From Sminthopsis crassicaudata (taxonomy: Eukaryota), in NCBI RefSeq assembly GCF_048593235.1, contig NC_133617.1, forward strand, positions 627,358,958 through 627,422,957: DNA of 64,000 nt, given 5' to 3'. A model generated the notes under the pieces. That model saw only the letters and a program-made list of their open reading frames with translations. It ran no database searches and had not been told where the DNA came from. This document shows positions 12,601-25,739 of this stretch, one piece after another (positions within the stretch are counted from its first letter, which is position 1; each line of letters starts with the position of its first letter). The position numbers and the translations under genes were made by a program.

Positions 12601-15600
12601 CGGGCAAGTCACCCAACTTTGGTTCTTCATTTATAAAATGAACTAGAGAAGGAAATGGCCAATCACTTCCATATCTCTGCCAAGAAAACCCCAAATTGGA
12701 TCAGGAAAAGCTGGACTATTAAAATGATTGAATAAAAACTTAGTACAGCCTGACACAAAATAGGTGCTGTAATCCAGGCCAGAGGTAATGAGGTTCTGAA
12801 TCATAGTACTAATTCCTAGGCCCCAGTAGGGGAGTAGATGGTGCATCTTTCTCCCTTTCTCTTCCCACAGGCACTTTGAAGTGAGAGACCAGAACAACCC
12901 CCAGGAGGCTGCTCGGCTCTTCTCTGTCCCAGACTTTGTGGGCGATGCCTGCAAAGCCATTGCCTCCCGGGTGCGTGGGGCTGTGGCCTCAGTCACCTTT
13001 GATGACTTCCACAAGAATTCAGCTCGCATCATCCGAACGTCAGTCTTCGGTTTTGAGGAAATAGAGGGGAAAGGAGCTGGAGAGGACCCCGTGCTTCAGC
13101 CCCGGGACCGTGCTTTCTTTCCCCAGAATGGGCTGGTGATCAGTAGCGTGGATGTCCAGTCTGTAGAACCCGTGGACCAGCGGACCCGCGATGCCCTGCA
13201 GCGAAGTGTCCAGCTGGCCATTGAAATCACCACGAATTCCCAAGAAGCTGCCGCCAAGTGAGCTGAGCAGATGGCTTTTCCGACACCCCCTCCCTCTCCC
13301 AGTTCTCCCCTCTGAAGTCCATGGCATCCACCCTTTGTATGTTGAGATCCCTGTGTACTTAATGCTGCGGGCTTCCTTGAGTGAACCAGTTAGTATAATA
13401 GAGTCAGAAAAACCTCAGTTCAAATCCAGCCTCAAACACTTACTAGCTGTATGACCTGGACAAATCACTTCACCTCTATCTACCTCAGTTTCCTCATCTG
13501 TAAATCATGATAACCCCTACCTCCCAGAGTTGTTGTAAATATCAAATAAGGCAGTATTTATTTAAAAAAAATAGCACATAGTAAGTGTTTTATAAAGAAC
13601 TTAGTCCATAGTAGGTGCTTAATAATAAATACCAATTTTCTTCCTCCCCCACAATGCACTTGTCCCTTGTCCTGCATGGTTCCCATTCTTCCTCTACAAC
13701 CATCTCACGAGAATCTTTTCCTATCTCCTATTCTATCAGACATGAGGCTCAGAGACTGGAGCAGGAGGCTCAGGGGAGACTTAAGAGACAGAAGATCTTA
13801 GACCAAGTGGAAGCTGAAAAAGCTCAGAAGTTGCTGCTGCTTCTGGAAGCTGAGAGGTAAGAAGAGAAGATGGCTCCATAGTCCACAAAGCGCAGGGCCT
13901 AGAGTCCAGAAGGCTCATTTTTGTGAGTTCAAACCCCAGCCTCAGACATTTATTAGTTATTTGTTAGTTATGACCCTGGACAAGTCACTTAACCTCCTTT
14001 ACCCAGTTTCCTCATCTGTAAAATGAGCTGGAGTAGAAAATGGCAAAGTACTGCTGTATCTTTGCCAAGAAAATCCTAAATTAGGGTCACAAAGATACAA
14101 CTGAATAATGACAAGGAGAAAAAAGGATGCATAGAGGCCTCCCTTGCCCCTCTGGCTGTCACCTATTACTCTTACCTTTCAATGTCACCAACAATTTAGA
14201 AACCTTAATTTAAAAACAATAAAGTGAACATACAAAAGATATGGCAAAAATCTTGTCAAATTCCCCCTAAACCTTTTAACAAAAGTACCAGCAAATAAGA
14301 TTTCTGTGTTTCTTTCTAGGCTTGTCAGAAATCCTACCACCTTTTGGCTATTTTCCTTAACATTTTTAAAAATTCTTTTTTTTATTAAAGATTTTTCTTA
14401 CCTTTTTTTTTTTTTTTTTTTTTTTTTTTGCTATTTATTGACAAAACATATTCATGGGTAATTTTTCAACATTGACCCTTGCAAAAACTTCTGTTCCAAT
14501 TTTTCCCCTCCTTCCCTTCACCCCCTCCCCTAAATGGCAGGCAGTTCCATACATATATATATCTCCATACAGTTATCTTGTTGCACAAGAAAGATCAGAT
14601 TTAGAAAGAAGGTAAAAAATAACCTGGAAAGAAAAATAAAAATGCAAGCAAATAGTAACCGAGTGTGTAAATGCTATGTTGTGGTCCACACTCATTTCCC
14701 AGTATTTTTTCGCTGGGTGTAGCTGGTTCTGTTAATTACTGCACAATTGGAACTGATTTGGATATTCTCATTGTTGAAGAGGCCACATCCATCAGAATTG
14801 ATTCTCATACAGTATTGTTGTTGAAGTGTATAATGATCTCCTGGTCCTGCTCATTTCACTCAGCATCAGTTGATGTAAGTCTCTCCAGGCCTTTCTGAAA
14901 TCATTCTGTTGGTCATTTCTTACAGAACAATAATATTCCATAACATTCACATTTGGTACACCATTATTGATGTGTTTGTAATTTTGATCCTATTATTATT
15001 ATTTTGTATCATTTCATTGGTCTTTCCATAGTTTTTTAAAGCACCTTAATATTCCACTACATTCAGATATTAATTTTTTCCACTATTCTTTAACCTTTGG
15101 ACATATGAATTACTTCTGTTTCTATAGATCTAGCACAGCTTTTCTTTTGAGTAACCACTTCCAAGCTTCCTGCTTGACATCTCTTCCCCAAATGTTGTCC
15201 CACTTCCTCAGACTCATCTTCCAAATGGAACTCATCAGATTTTCCCCAATCTGTCTCTCCTGCCATTGACACTATGATCCTTCAGTGTCTTCCTCTGTTC
15301 AACTTTTCCTTCATACAAGAAAGGAAGAATAAAAGGAATGCTGATTAACTTCAGCAGTTGGAGAAGTGATTAATGAAGGAAGAACTGAAGATGTTATGAG
15401 GTTTCCAGTCTTTTTTCTTTCTTCTTTAAAGGCTCACCTTCTTCACCATTTACCACTTTATCCAATTCATTTTCTAGTCTCTTCAGTTCTCCAAGTATTT
15501 CTTGCATTCTTCCTTACATTTCCGCTTATCCTATCACTACTCTGATTTGTTAAGCCTTTGTCTGGATTATTATAGCCTCTTAACTGGTTTCTTGCCTCCA

Positions 15601-17418
15601 GACTCACCCCATCTCAATTTATCCATGTGGCTGCCAAAGGCATCTTTATAATGCACAGGGCTATCGACTCAGCTCTTTGATTATAGAAACCCTCATGGCT
15701 TTCCATTGCCTCTAGGGTAAAATAGAAACTTTCTCGCTCTGCTATCTAAGGCCCTCCATGCGTCTGGTTCCAACCTACTTTTTCATTCTTCTTTCTTAAT
15801 TCTTTTCTTGGATGCTCTGACCAAACTGGACTATTAAATGACCTGTTGTGCACATTTGCTTCTATGTATTTGAACAGATCAATCTATTAATTAGATTTCA
15901 ATCTGTTAATCCCTAATTTCAAAATCTTTCCTGATTCTAGCTAAAAGTGCTCACTCTTGTCTCAAATTCTGGATTACTTTGGAGCTCTCCTTTTTCCCTA
16001 TAGTATTCTGCTTTGTATCATGTATCAGTTTGTATGTCATATTCCCCAATGACGGATTATGCATTCCTCCAGAACAGGGTCTTTGTGTATTACCTGTTAA
16101 TGTTCCAATCACTTGAAACTTGAAAAAAAAAAAAATCAAGAATTTATTTTCTCTTCTTCCCCGAAGTAGGGGAAAAAAAAATACAAAAACCTTGTAACAT
16201 ATAAGCATAGTCAAGTAAAACAAATTTGCATATTGACTATCCAAAAATGTGTGTCTCATTTTGTTTTAGTCCATCATTTCTCCATCTTGAGTGAGTGACT
16301 TCAGCATGAGTCCTTTGGAATCAAAAGTTCTTAAAGCTTTCACATGTATTTGTTTTGATGATGTTGATGCTGTTGTGTAAATTGTTCTAGTTCTGCTTAC
16401 TTCACTCCACATCAGTTCATAAATCTTTCCAAGCTCCTCGGAAACTCTTTTCATTTGTTACTGTACAATAGTGTGTTCCATTACATTTATATACCATGAT
16501 TTATTTAGCCATTCCCCAAATGTCAGGCCTCCCCTTAGTTTCCAGATCTTGCCACTATATGAAGAGCTGCTAAAAAAAAAGATCTTTTTCTTTGTTTACT
16601 TTGGGTATTGGGAAGTGCCTGATAATGGTACTGCTAGATCAAAGGGAATACAGAATTTTGTAGTTTTGGAGACATAATTCCAAATTACTTCCATTTTTTT
16701 TTAAAGTTAGTTTTTAAATTCTTCTCTCCTTCCCCTCCAAATGGGAACAAAAGAAAAACAAAACCCTTATTATAAACATGAGTAGCCAAACAAGACCTAC
16801 TTCTGCATTGGTCATATCCANNNNNNNNNNNNNNNNNNNNNNNNNNNNNNNNNNNNNNNNNNNNNNNNNNNNNNNNNNNNNNNNNNNNNNNNNNNNNNNN
16901 NNNNNNNNNNNNNNNNNNNNNNNNNNNNNNNNNNNNNNNNNNNNNNNNNNNNNACACTTTAGGTCTTTTATTTCTCTATTAGGAAAAGAGTAACATGTTT
17001 CATCATGAATAGTGTGGAATTGTTTGGTCATTACACTGATTAGAGTTCTTCAGACTTTCAAAAAGTTTTGTCTTTATCGTATTGTCATCATTATATAAAT
17101 TGTTCTATTTCTTTCTGTTCACTGTATCAGTTCATACACATCTTGCCAGGTTTCCCTGAAAGTATTCCCTTCATTCTTACAGCACAGTATTCCATTTCAT
17201 TTCTATACCATAACTTGTTTCTCCATTCCTTAGTTGATGAGCATACATTCAATTTCTATTTCTTCAGTAGCATAATTATATGAAATATTTACAATTATGT
17301 GTTTATATGTTTTTTTATAGATCCCTAGTTTTGCTTAGGACTAATCTGTCTCTTAACCTACACTCACTATTATTGCTGCATCTTCCTTCCTTGTCCCTCC
17401 TGTTTTCTAATGAGTGAA

Positions 17419-17479
<61 letters not shown>

Positions 17480-20400
17480 TCTTTCCTTGACCAATTTAGA
17501 TAAGAGTGAATATTAGAATTTATCCCCACCCTTTAGAAGCATTTTCCCTAACTTCCCTTTCCCTCTTTCTCACTCCACTCCACTGTGTATTTTTCTGTTC
17601 TTTTAAGATCATCAAGAAATAACAGAGCTACTCCCAATCCTTCTGTCTAATCAGATTCTCTTTGGGATCATCTTCCCAAGTTAGGGAAGGAGTTAATTAT
17701 GATTGTCCATTAATATTTAACTTTTTAATGTTCCTTTAATTAATTCCTGTTTTTGCTTTTTAAAGCTTTTATATCACAATCAGACTGGTTCAATCCATTT
17801 TCCTCCTTTGATTATACTGAGTGTTAATGGTAAGTTGTTCTTGGCTTTAAGCCTATATACTCATATGCATACATATATACATATATTTTGAGGCCTCTTT
17901 TGGGAGATGACCAATGAATCCTCTTAGTTTCCACTTTGTTTTATGGTGCTAAGGCAGTTTTCTTTCAAGACTTATTGAAATAGGATGTCTAATAAGTGCT
18001 TTTTTTGATCATGACATCTTAAATTTTTTTTTCTTGTCAATCTGTTTTCTAGCTCAGTTGTTTTGCTATGAGATTATTTTTTTTCTTTCTTTTCAGTCTT
18101 TTTATTTTGTTTTATTATTTCTGGTTGCTTTATAGAGTCATTGGATTCTATTTGGTCCATTTTAATTTTCAAGGATTTTGTTGCTCAGACAAGATTTTGT
18201 ACCTCTTATACTAATTCCCTTTCCAATTTCCTCCCCACAGTTCTCATTTCTTTTCCAAATTTTTCCTTTTCTCATTTCATTTTTTAAAAATCATTTTTAA
18301 ATTATTTTTTAAAAAATTTCTTCTGGAAATGCTACTTGAATTTGTGCCCAAATTGTATTTTTCTTTGAAGCTTTGCTTATAGATTCCTAGGAGACATCCT
18401 TTTTTTTCTGGAATGGCTGTGTCACCATAATAGCTTTTCATGGTTAGATTTCTTTTTTTGTTGATTTGTTTACTCATTCTTCCAACACTTTCCTTCGAAT
18501 TTGATGTTAAGGGAGCTTTATCCACTACTGAATAAAGTAAGCTTTCAATACTTCTAAGGCTGATCGCTGGCAGATCCTAGTCTGAGCTCTGTAAGTTAAG
18601 TCTGAGCAACAATGGACTGAGGCTCAACCCCTATCAGTCACGAGGAAGCTCTGCATCTACAATCTGGAATTGGGTAGTAACAGAGCTGCCAGTTGGCACC
18701 TGTTCCCAAATCCTGCAGTACCAGGTGCATGTCTTCTCCCTGTCCTGCAGTGCTCCCCATGACATCCTAGTCATACCTCTTCCTCAATGTCCATAGACCT
18801 TTTTTGTCTTTGCATCTTGACCTAGACTGGAAAAATTATTCACTGTGATTTTTTTTCCTTGGATTTTACTATCACATTTGCTCAGGAAGAGATGGAACAG
18901 AGAGCTTGCTGTACTTTTTCCTGCAATTCTGACGTTCTTGGCTCCACTGTCCCCAGATTGATTTCCTGAATGTGACAGTACCGATTCACAGCTCTACTAA
19001 TAGGATATCTGTGTGCCTGTTTGCCCACAGCTCCTCTGATGTTGGTTTTTGACATTTTTTTTTTTTGTCAACTTCGTCAATCTGAGACAGTGCTTTAATT
19101 TGTATTTCTTTAATTATTAGTGATTTGGAACATTCTTTTCACATGGCAATAAAGAGCTTAAGTTCTTCCCTTGAGGACTACTTACTTATTCAGATCCTTT
19201 TATCTTTTATTAACTGAAGAATAACTTTTATTCTTATAAATTTAAACCAATGGCTTACATCTTGTAATGGCTTACAAGGAAATAAGACCTTTTTCCAAAG
19301 AAACTTGCTGCAAAGATCTTTCTTCCAGTTAGCTGTTTCCTTTTCATCTAAGCTATGTTGGATTTGTTTAAAAAACAAAACAAAACAAAACAAAAAAACA
19401 TGTAATTTTATGTAATTAAAATGGTCAGTTTTATCTTCTGTCACCCTTTCTATTCATTCCTTTACTTGGTTACAAACTCTTCCCCTATCCATAGATCTGA
19501 AAAGTAGTATCTCCCTTATCCCTGTAATTTGTTTATGATATGACTTCTTATCTGGGCTAGTCATCCATTTGGAGCTTATCTTAGTTTCAAGGTGTGAGGT
19601 ATTAATCTAAACCCAACTTCTTCCAATCTGCTTTTCAGTTTTTGTTGTTTATTGAAGGTTTTTTGGTTGTTCTTTTAAAATATATATATTTGTTTTTATC
19701 GTTCTTTTTTTTAATGTTGAGTTCTGAATTTTCTCCCTCTATTCATTGAGCACCCAAGCAATATGACAGCAATTATCCATGTGAAATCCTGAAAATGCTA
19801 TCCAGTTTTCCCAACAATTTGTCAGATAATAAGCTCTCATCTCAGTAGCGGGGTCTTTGTGTTTATTGAGCTCTAAGCTACTATTCTTGCTTACTTCTTT
19901 GTGTTGCCCCACCCAGCACTTATTAATAAATGATGAATTAAATTATTGAAAGAAGCAGCTAATCAGTAGAGGGAGAAAGTGTCAGGTAAGGGATGGGAAG
20001 TTGTTTCTTTCCGTGGATCTCATCCAACTTTTCCTCCCAAGCACTGCTGTAGAGAGGACTGGGGCTGCTAAGGCGGAGGCGGAATCCCGGGCCGAGGCTG
20101 CACGGATTGAGGGAGAAGGAGCAGTGCTTCAGGCCAAATTGAAAGCGGAGGCCTTAGCCATAGAAACGGTAAGTGGGAAGCACCTTTAAAGAGTGTCCTA
20201 AAGAAAAGACTCCCTGGTTTGAGCCAAGGCAGGAGAGAAGGGAACCTGGTTAAGAAGGAGGAGGAAATACAGCATCTTTCACACTGTATCCTTCAAACTC
20301 ACATTTTCCAGGCACTTGTCCCTGGTTGGTGCAGAATAGCTCTCCCTCCTTATTTTTCAGGGCTCCACGAAATTGGTATCTTCTGGCATAAAACCCTCCC

Positions 20401-21344
20401 GGACACCCCACCTCCCCAGACCAGTCCTCTGTTCTGTATTCCTGGGGCAGGTGTATTTGCACTGGACCATTCCATACTGCTTCACATGTTCTTATGCATC
20501 CCAAGACCTGAACAGCGCCAGCCCCAAGGGTTGTCCCTCAGGGCCTGAGCTGAGCGCTTTCCTTCTTGCAGGAAGCAGAGTTACTTCGGGTACAAAAAGC
20601 CAGGGAACACGAGCTCGCCTATACCAAGGCCCAGATGGAGCTGGAACTGAGCAAAGCAGAGAAACTGGCTGCAGTGGAGGTTAAAAAGTTCAAGGAGATG
20701 ACGGAGGCTCTCGGCTCCAACACTATCCGGGACCTGGCACTGGCTGGGCCCGAGCTGCAGGTAAGTCAGCTAGGAGAAATGAGGGAGAAGAAATGCCCCA
20801 CTTCAGGTAGCAACAACAGGGACATACTGCAACACAAAGAACCGTCTTCTGTTCTTTCTGAGGGCCAGAGGCTGAGTGTCTTTGGGTGGGAAGGGGAAAA
20901 AATTGCCACTGAGCTGACTGAGAGGGATGACTTCAGACTGCTACTAGAGACAGCCCCAAGGTCCCTTTCAGTTTCAAGGTTACCTGTTATGTGTATAATA
21001 GAAAATCAGAACACCTTTATACAAAGTCCCTGCTATGTGACACTAGGCTAGTTAATTAACTCCCCTTAGCCCCAGAGACTGTTTCTGAAGGGAGGTGGTG
21101 AGGTAAACTTAAAAATTTTTATAAAGGAATTATTTTCCAAGGTCTTAATATTTTATTTCCCTATAATTTTTGTTTCCTTCTCTTATCACAGGTGAAACTG
21201 CTCCAGGGTCTTGGTCTGAAATCAACCCTTATTACAGATGGCTCCACTCCCATCAATCTCTTCAGCACAGCCACTGGGCTTCTGGGGCTTGGGGCACCTG
21301 GGCATCCTACTGAGCTAAAAAAGAAGGAGAACACTGAGCTGTAG
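6687..21344 (+). CDS. MVP: Major vault protein, 5'-partial (12 exons, 762 aa in window)
   Basis: Exons 6687-6810, 7258-7389, 7861-7955, 8591-8827, 8908-9192, 11743-11987, 12093-12290, 12871-13257, 13740-13856, 20042-20168, 20572-20760, 21192-21344(TAG). All GT-AG, phases consistent. Peptides [72 protein letters not shown] and [24 protein letters not shown] are recognisable MVP. The N-terminal exons were not found in 1-6686. Confidence 0.97.
9730..10030 (-). mobile_element. L2 3' fragment
   Basis: aaacatttattaagcacctact...gggatacaaag signature. Confidence 0.6.
12514..12737 (+). mobile_element. Mar-1-type CORE-SINE with RTE/BovB-like tail
   Basis: tRNA-like head, core, then GAGAAGGAAATGGCCAATCACTTCCATATCTCTGCCAAGAAAACCCCAAA. 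Confidence 0.65.
13880..14112 (+). mobile_element. Mar-1-type CORE-SINE
   Basis: Core plus TTTCCTCATCTGTAAAATGAGCTGGAG...TATCTTTGCCAAGAAAATCC tail. Confidence 0.65.
14400..14950 (-). mobile_element. L1 3' end with poly(A) tail
   Basis: T-run 14403-14429 followed by antisense marsupial L1 3' UTR and ORF2 end. Confidence 0.85.
16821..16953. other. Assembly gap (133 N)
   Basis: Run of N. Confidence 0.99.
17427..17476 (+). repeat. (TG)25 microsatellite
   Basis: Read directly. Confidence 0.95.
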
Positions 21345-21454
21345 GGACTTCTCCCCCAGCTCCACTGGAAAATTAGACCACTGTCCTCTCTGAGGACTTT
21401 TCTCTGCCTTAATTTCTGCCCTGAGGGCTTTCTCTTAGTTTTTCAATGAAAAAA

Positions 21455-21464
21455 AATAAATAAA
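21455..21464 (+). terminator. MVP polyadenylation signal (overlapping AATAAA x2)
   Basis: AATAAATAAA about 110 nt after the MVP stop codon. Confidence 0.75.
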
Positions 21465-21867
21465 CCCTTTTTTTCAATGATGTTTCTCCTCTTTCATTCA
21501 GTGCCTCATTCCTGTGGATTGGGGTTAAAGGGACCAGAGAGAGGAGGACAAGATGTCTGATTCAGCAAAGAGCCATAGGAATCCCTTGTTTTCTCTTTTA
21601 AATTATTCACTGATTTTTTTTCCTTGGATTTTACTATCACATTTGCTCAGGTGTTTTTTCTAAATCTTTTTGGAAGAGATGGAACAGAAAGTTTGCTGTA
21701 CTTCTTCCTGCAATTCTGACGCAATTCGGGGTAGACTGCTTAAAGGTGGTCCTAGCTTGCTTTTCGCCATTTGTGGCAGCAAAGCAGCAATAAGTATTAA
21801 AAGACCTGAATTTGAGTTTGTGTCATCCTGAAGAAGCCCCTTTCACCTTTGAACTGGTTTCCTTTTA

Positions 21868-21870
<3 letters not shown>

Positions 21871-21902
<32 letters not shown>
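21871..21902 (+). repeat. A32 homopolymer
   Basis: Read directly. Confidence 0.95.
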
Positions 21903-21907
<5 letters not shown>

Positions 21908-23462
21908 CCCAGGTAAGCATGGACCAAAAAGCCTGGCTCCTTTTCCTAATATATTGGGTTTTTCCCTACTCACCTACGGCAGGGTGAAAGCTACAAAGGA
22001 TGCCTCTATATACAATATTCAAAAGGCCACCAATTGAAACCAGAAGACTACCTAATTTGGAGTATTTCTCCCTCTCCCCCCAGTATGCTTTGATTTTGCA
22101 TTTCCAAAAATTTACCGGGGTCTGTGGTTGATAAGGTGCTGGAGGTACAGGATACTGGATGTAGCCTTGAGGGAAGGGCCCTGCCTTTTTTTTTTTCTGG
22201 CCAAAGAACCAGAATATGAGATAAAACTCTGGGAGAGATTATTTCTATTCCTCTATATTCTTTGTGCAATTAATAAGCTTTGCAAACTTATATCCCACAA
22301 TTCTTTTCTCATGTTTAAAGTGGGTATTTTTAGTGATGACTTTGTATTTCTAATGTGTAGGAAAAGGCTTCATAGGTCAGAGCAACAGTGCTAAACCAGC
22401 CTTTCTGTGACTGATTTCTTTCAAGTTAATTTATGTTTTAAAATTTTAAATCCTTCTCTAGAGAAACATTGGCTTAGGGGGAAAAACATGAAAGGCTAGT
22501 CTGGATGATTATGATTTTAATCCTAACCAGTCCTCTAAAATTTTGTGGTTCTGGATCTCTGTGATCCCCAAGGCTCCCAGCTGAGATGGTGAAAAGAGCA
22601 CTGTCACACACGTTTCTGATTGCCTTCTGGGTTGTCAGGTTGGACCTACCTTGCTTGGACCTCTAGCCAAAAGCAGTCCTTACTTGACTGCTACATAGGA
22701 AAGAAACAGTGCCATCTACTCTGGCCAGATTCCTTGAGTCAATTTACCTGATATTAGGCCTCAGAATGTTCTCTACAGCCTGGCACACAAGGGGTGCTTT
22801 GTAAAATTTTTGTTCTTTAAGACAATTTTATTGCATTTCTTTTTGCTCTGATCAGAAGCCATCTGGTTCATCTTCCTTGAAGAACTCTCCACTAGAAACC
22901 TTCTCCCCATCTCTCCATTTTTACAGCACTTTTCTCCCAGCTTGTGAGGCAATCATAGCTTTAGCCCACTTGTCTGGCTTTTAAGCCCAACCTTTGGTAG
23001 GAAGGAGCCTAGCAAGATTAGAATTGGAAGGGCTGAACATCTAGCTCAAAGCCCTCATGTTACAGGTGAAACAAATAGGCTCAGGGAAGCGGAAGAGACA
23101 TGTAATAGGTGGCAGAGGAAATTCAAAAAACTGATTTAGAGCTGGAACGGACTATGGAGGATGTGTAGTCCAGCCCTTCAGAAAAGTAAAATGATATTCC
23201 CAAAAGTCACACAGGAGGCGAGATTTGAACCAATATCTTTCCCCTTGTATATACACAAGATGCCCCCAAAACATCTACCCCCAAAACTCCCAACTTTCCT
23301 TTTTCTCTTCCTCTGGCTGCATCTAATTTAGTGCAAGACTCTGATCAATTGAAACCAGAAGAATGTCCAACTATGACCTTCAACACTACCCTGTTGTATG
23401 TTATAGGTATGAGAAATAATTTGGACCGCTACTCTTAGTATCCTATCAAAGTTCTATTATGA

Positions 23463-23531
23463 GGGCAGCTAGGTGGCGCACTTCCTAGCTGTGACCCTGG
23501 GCAAGTCACTTAACCCTAATTGCCTCAGAAA
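23463..23531 (+). mobile_element. Internally deleted WSINE1 (~70 bp) with target-site duplication
   Basis: GGGCAGCTAGGTGGCGCA joined directly to CTTCCTAGCTGTGACCCTGGGCAAGTCACTTAACCCTAATTGCCTCAG; flanks AAAGTTCTATTATGA (23448-23462) and AAAGTTTTATTATAA (23536-23550). Confidence 0.75.
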
Positions 23532-25177
23532 GTTAAAAGTTTTATTATAAGGCCCCAGAGCTTTAAGTTCACTTGCTTCCCTCCAGGAAGTTAACTAAAG
23601 GTTCTCCACCTTTGTTTTGCCTCGGGGTGGCAATGAAGCCCACCATGGTGGAGGAAAGTTCCCTAAAATACATATACTTCAGACCAATTTTTTGTCCAAT
23701 AGGAACAAGTGGCCATCTTGACACTTGGGTCACTGACTGTGATAGCTTTTTTCCTCCTGCCCAGCCTAAGGAGAAGCCTGTCCATCTTGGTGAAGAGATT
23801 CTTGCTTCACCCAACTTGTGACCCCGCTGACAGTTTGCATTAAGTATAGCTGTTCTCAAGTGTCTGGGCACCTAACCCTATAAAAATAGGAACCTGGAAG
23901 AAGGCATCTCAGATTAAGAGGAAGATCTACTTCACTAGGAGTCTTAATTTAAAAAGTGTCATGGGCTCAGAGCTCGACCTGTCTTATTGTAGGTGGGAGC
24001 ATTTTAACCCACTCACAGATCTGCACAGATCTAGGGCTGCAAACAAGACAATAGCACACCCTGCCTGGCCCGGCCCAGCCCCACCTCACCCCACCCCACC
24101 CCACCCACCCTGCACCAAAGAAGTATTAGGGACCTTTTCCTGATGAGATGATGGGGAAATAATCAGGGATTAATCACACTAGGGCACACTTCTCCCCACC
24201 TTCCCCCAAAGTCCCATGGGAAAGATAAGGCCAAAAGGCGGATAGTGAGCAAAAGAGGATTAAAATACCTAGAATCATGGACAGTAATTGCTAGAGTGAA
24301 AGAGTTATCCCAGGAGATTGGGAGGAATCCTAACAGATTTCTCAGAGTAGATGGGTCTTAATCTTCTGCTAGAAGAGATAGAGCCTTTTGCAGAGGAGGG
24401 GGCGGGGGAGAGGGGAGGGTGATGCAAGCCATTTCACTGCTTCAGTGAAAGGAAGTTCCAGGAAAGTTTAGTGCTCATCCTTTCCCACTATAAGTCCAGG
24501 GAGTGAAGACAGGAGCCCGGGCTCTGATTGTGAAGTTTCCTCCTTTATCATCAAGGCCTCAGGGCCAGATTACACATCATGAGACACAATACAATAGGGA
24601 AGGATCCAGACAGCCTCCTTCCCTCCTGGGTAGTCCCCAGGGTAAAGACTCCTCCAATCCCTGACAGTCCAGGTCAGGAGGGGAATTTGGCTCCTAGTGG
24701 AGAGCCAGCCTCCACGCCATCTTCCTCAAACAACAGCACCAAGTCAGCTTGCACGGGTCCCAGAGTCTCCTGGGGCTGCTGCCAACAGCCCTCTGGCCTG
24801 GCTCCGTGCTAGGACACCCCCGTCTCTCCCAAGGAGCATGATCACCCCCAGGTCATAGAGCCAAGGGCCTCGCCTCTGTGGCTGAGACTTCCACTGTGGT
24901 CCCCAGGAAGAGAGTCCTCATCTGATGTCCAGCTGCTACCCTCATCTTGGGAAGTAGTATCACATGGGAGTGGGACAAACAACAGTGACATCCTTTAAGA
25001 AGTTCTGACAACACTGGGGGGTGGGGGGAAGGTGACAGCACAGTGGAGGACAAGCCTTGTGCTACATAAAAGGCAGACCTCATTGGGGGCTGGCATGACA
25101 GCACCGTGGGGGGGCAGGAGGCGGGGCAGCAAGAGGATGGGGCTGGAAGTTTGCTGGAAGCAGAGAAGCCATCAGGG

Positions 25178-25692
25178 TTATTCCTTCTTGGCACGGTCAG
25201 CGGCATCCAGGGCAGCCATGTTTCGTGCAGCAGTGACCAAGTGGATGACACTGATGAGGGACTTGAGAAATGCAAGAGGAGCGGAGATCCAGAGTCCCAG
25301 TCGGAACAGACCCACTGAACCCACTGCAAAAGGGGAGAAAACAAAGTCCAATACAGAGAGGGAAGAAACAAAGCAGAGGCGAAAATGAGTTCAGGTGAAT
25401 TCACTTAAGAGGCTCAGTATCAGTATCTAGTCAAATCAGTTATCCCTCCACTCGCCACCTCCCACCCCGACAGCCAAACCTCCCTCTGGCTCCCACTGCC
25501 CACATCTAGTCCTCACATCTGCCTCCTGGCCCCCATGGGTCATACCTAATGGTCCCTCTGAGAAGTAGAGCAAGTAGAGCAGACAGTAGAAAAATTCATT
25601 CCCAGCACACATGATGAATAGCACTGGCTGCAAAAAGAAGGTAAAATAATTTGAACAGTGGGCTCACAATGTCAGTCTTTTTCTTTCTCTTC

Positions 25693-25739
<47 letters not shown>

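Larger units (their letters stand above)
15900..19920 (-). mobile_element. Cluster of old L1 fragments in the long MVP intron (spans an assembly gap)
   Basis: Several antisense L1 3'-end motifs (cacttcactccacatcagttcat, ttccaaattactt) and an ORF1/5'UTR-like block near 17900-18955. Boundaries approximate. Confidence 0.65.

Noticed and set aside
16685-17031. ORFs containing X runs (also 58460-58789)
   Set aside because: Artefacts of assembly gaps.
24853-25404. 183 aa ORF overlapping CDIPT exon 6 and 3' UTR
   Set aside because: Starts inside an intron in a different frame from CDIPT; low-complexity composition; likely chance.
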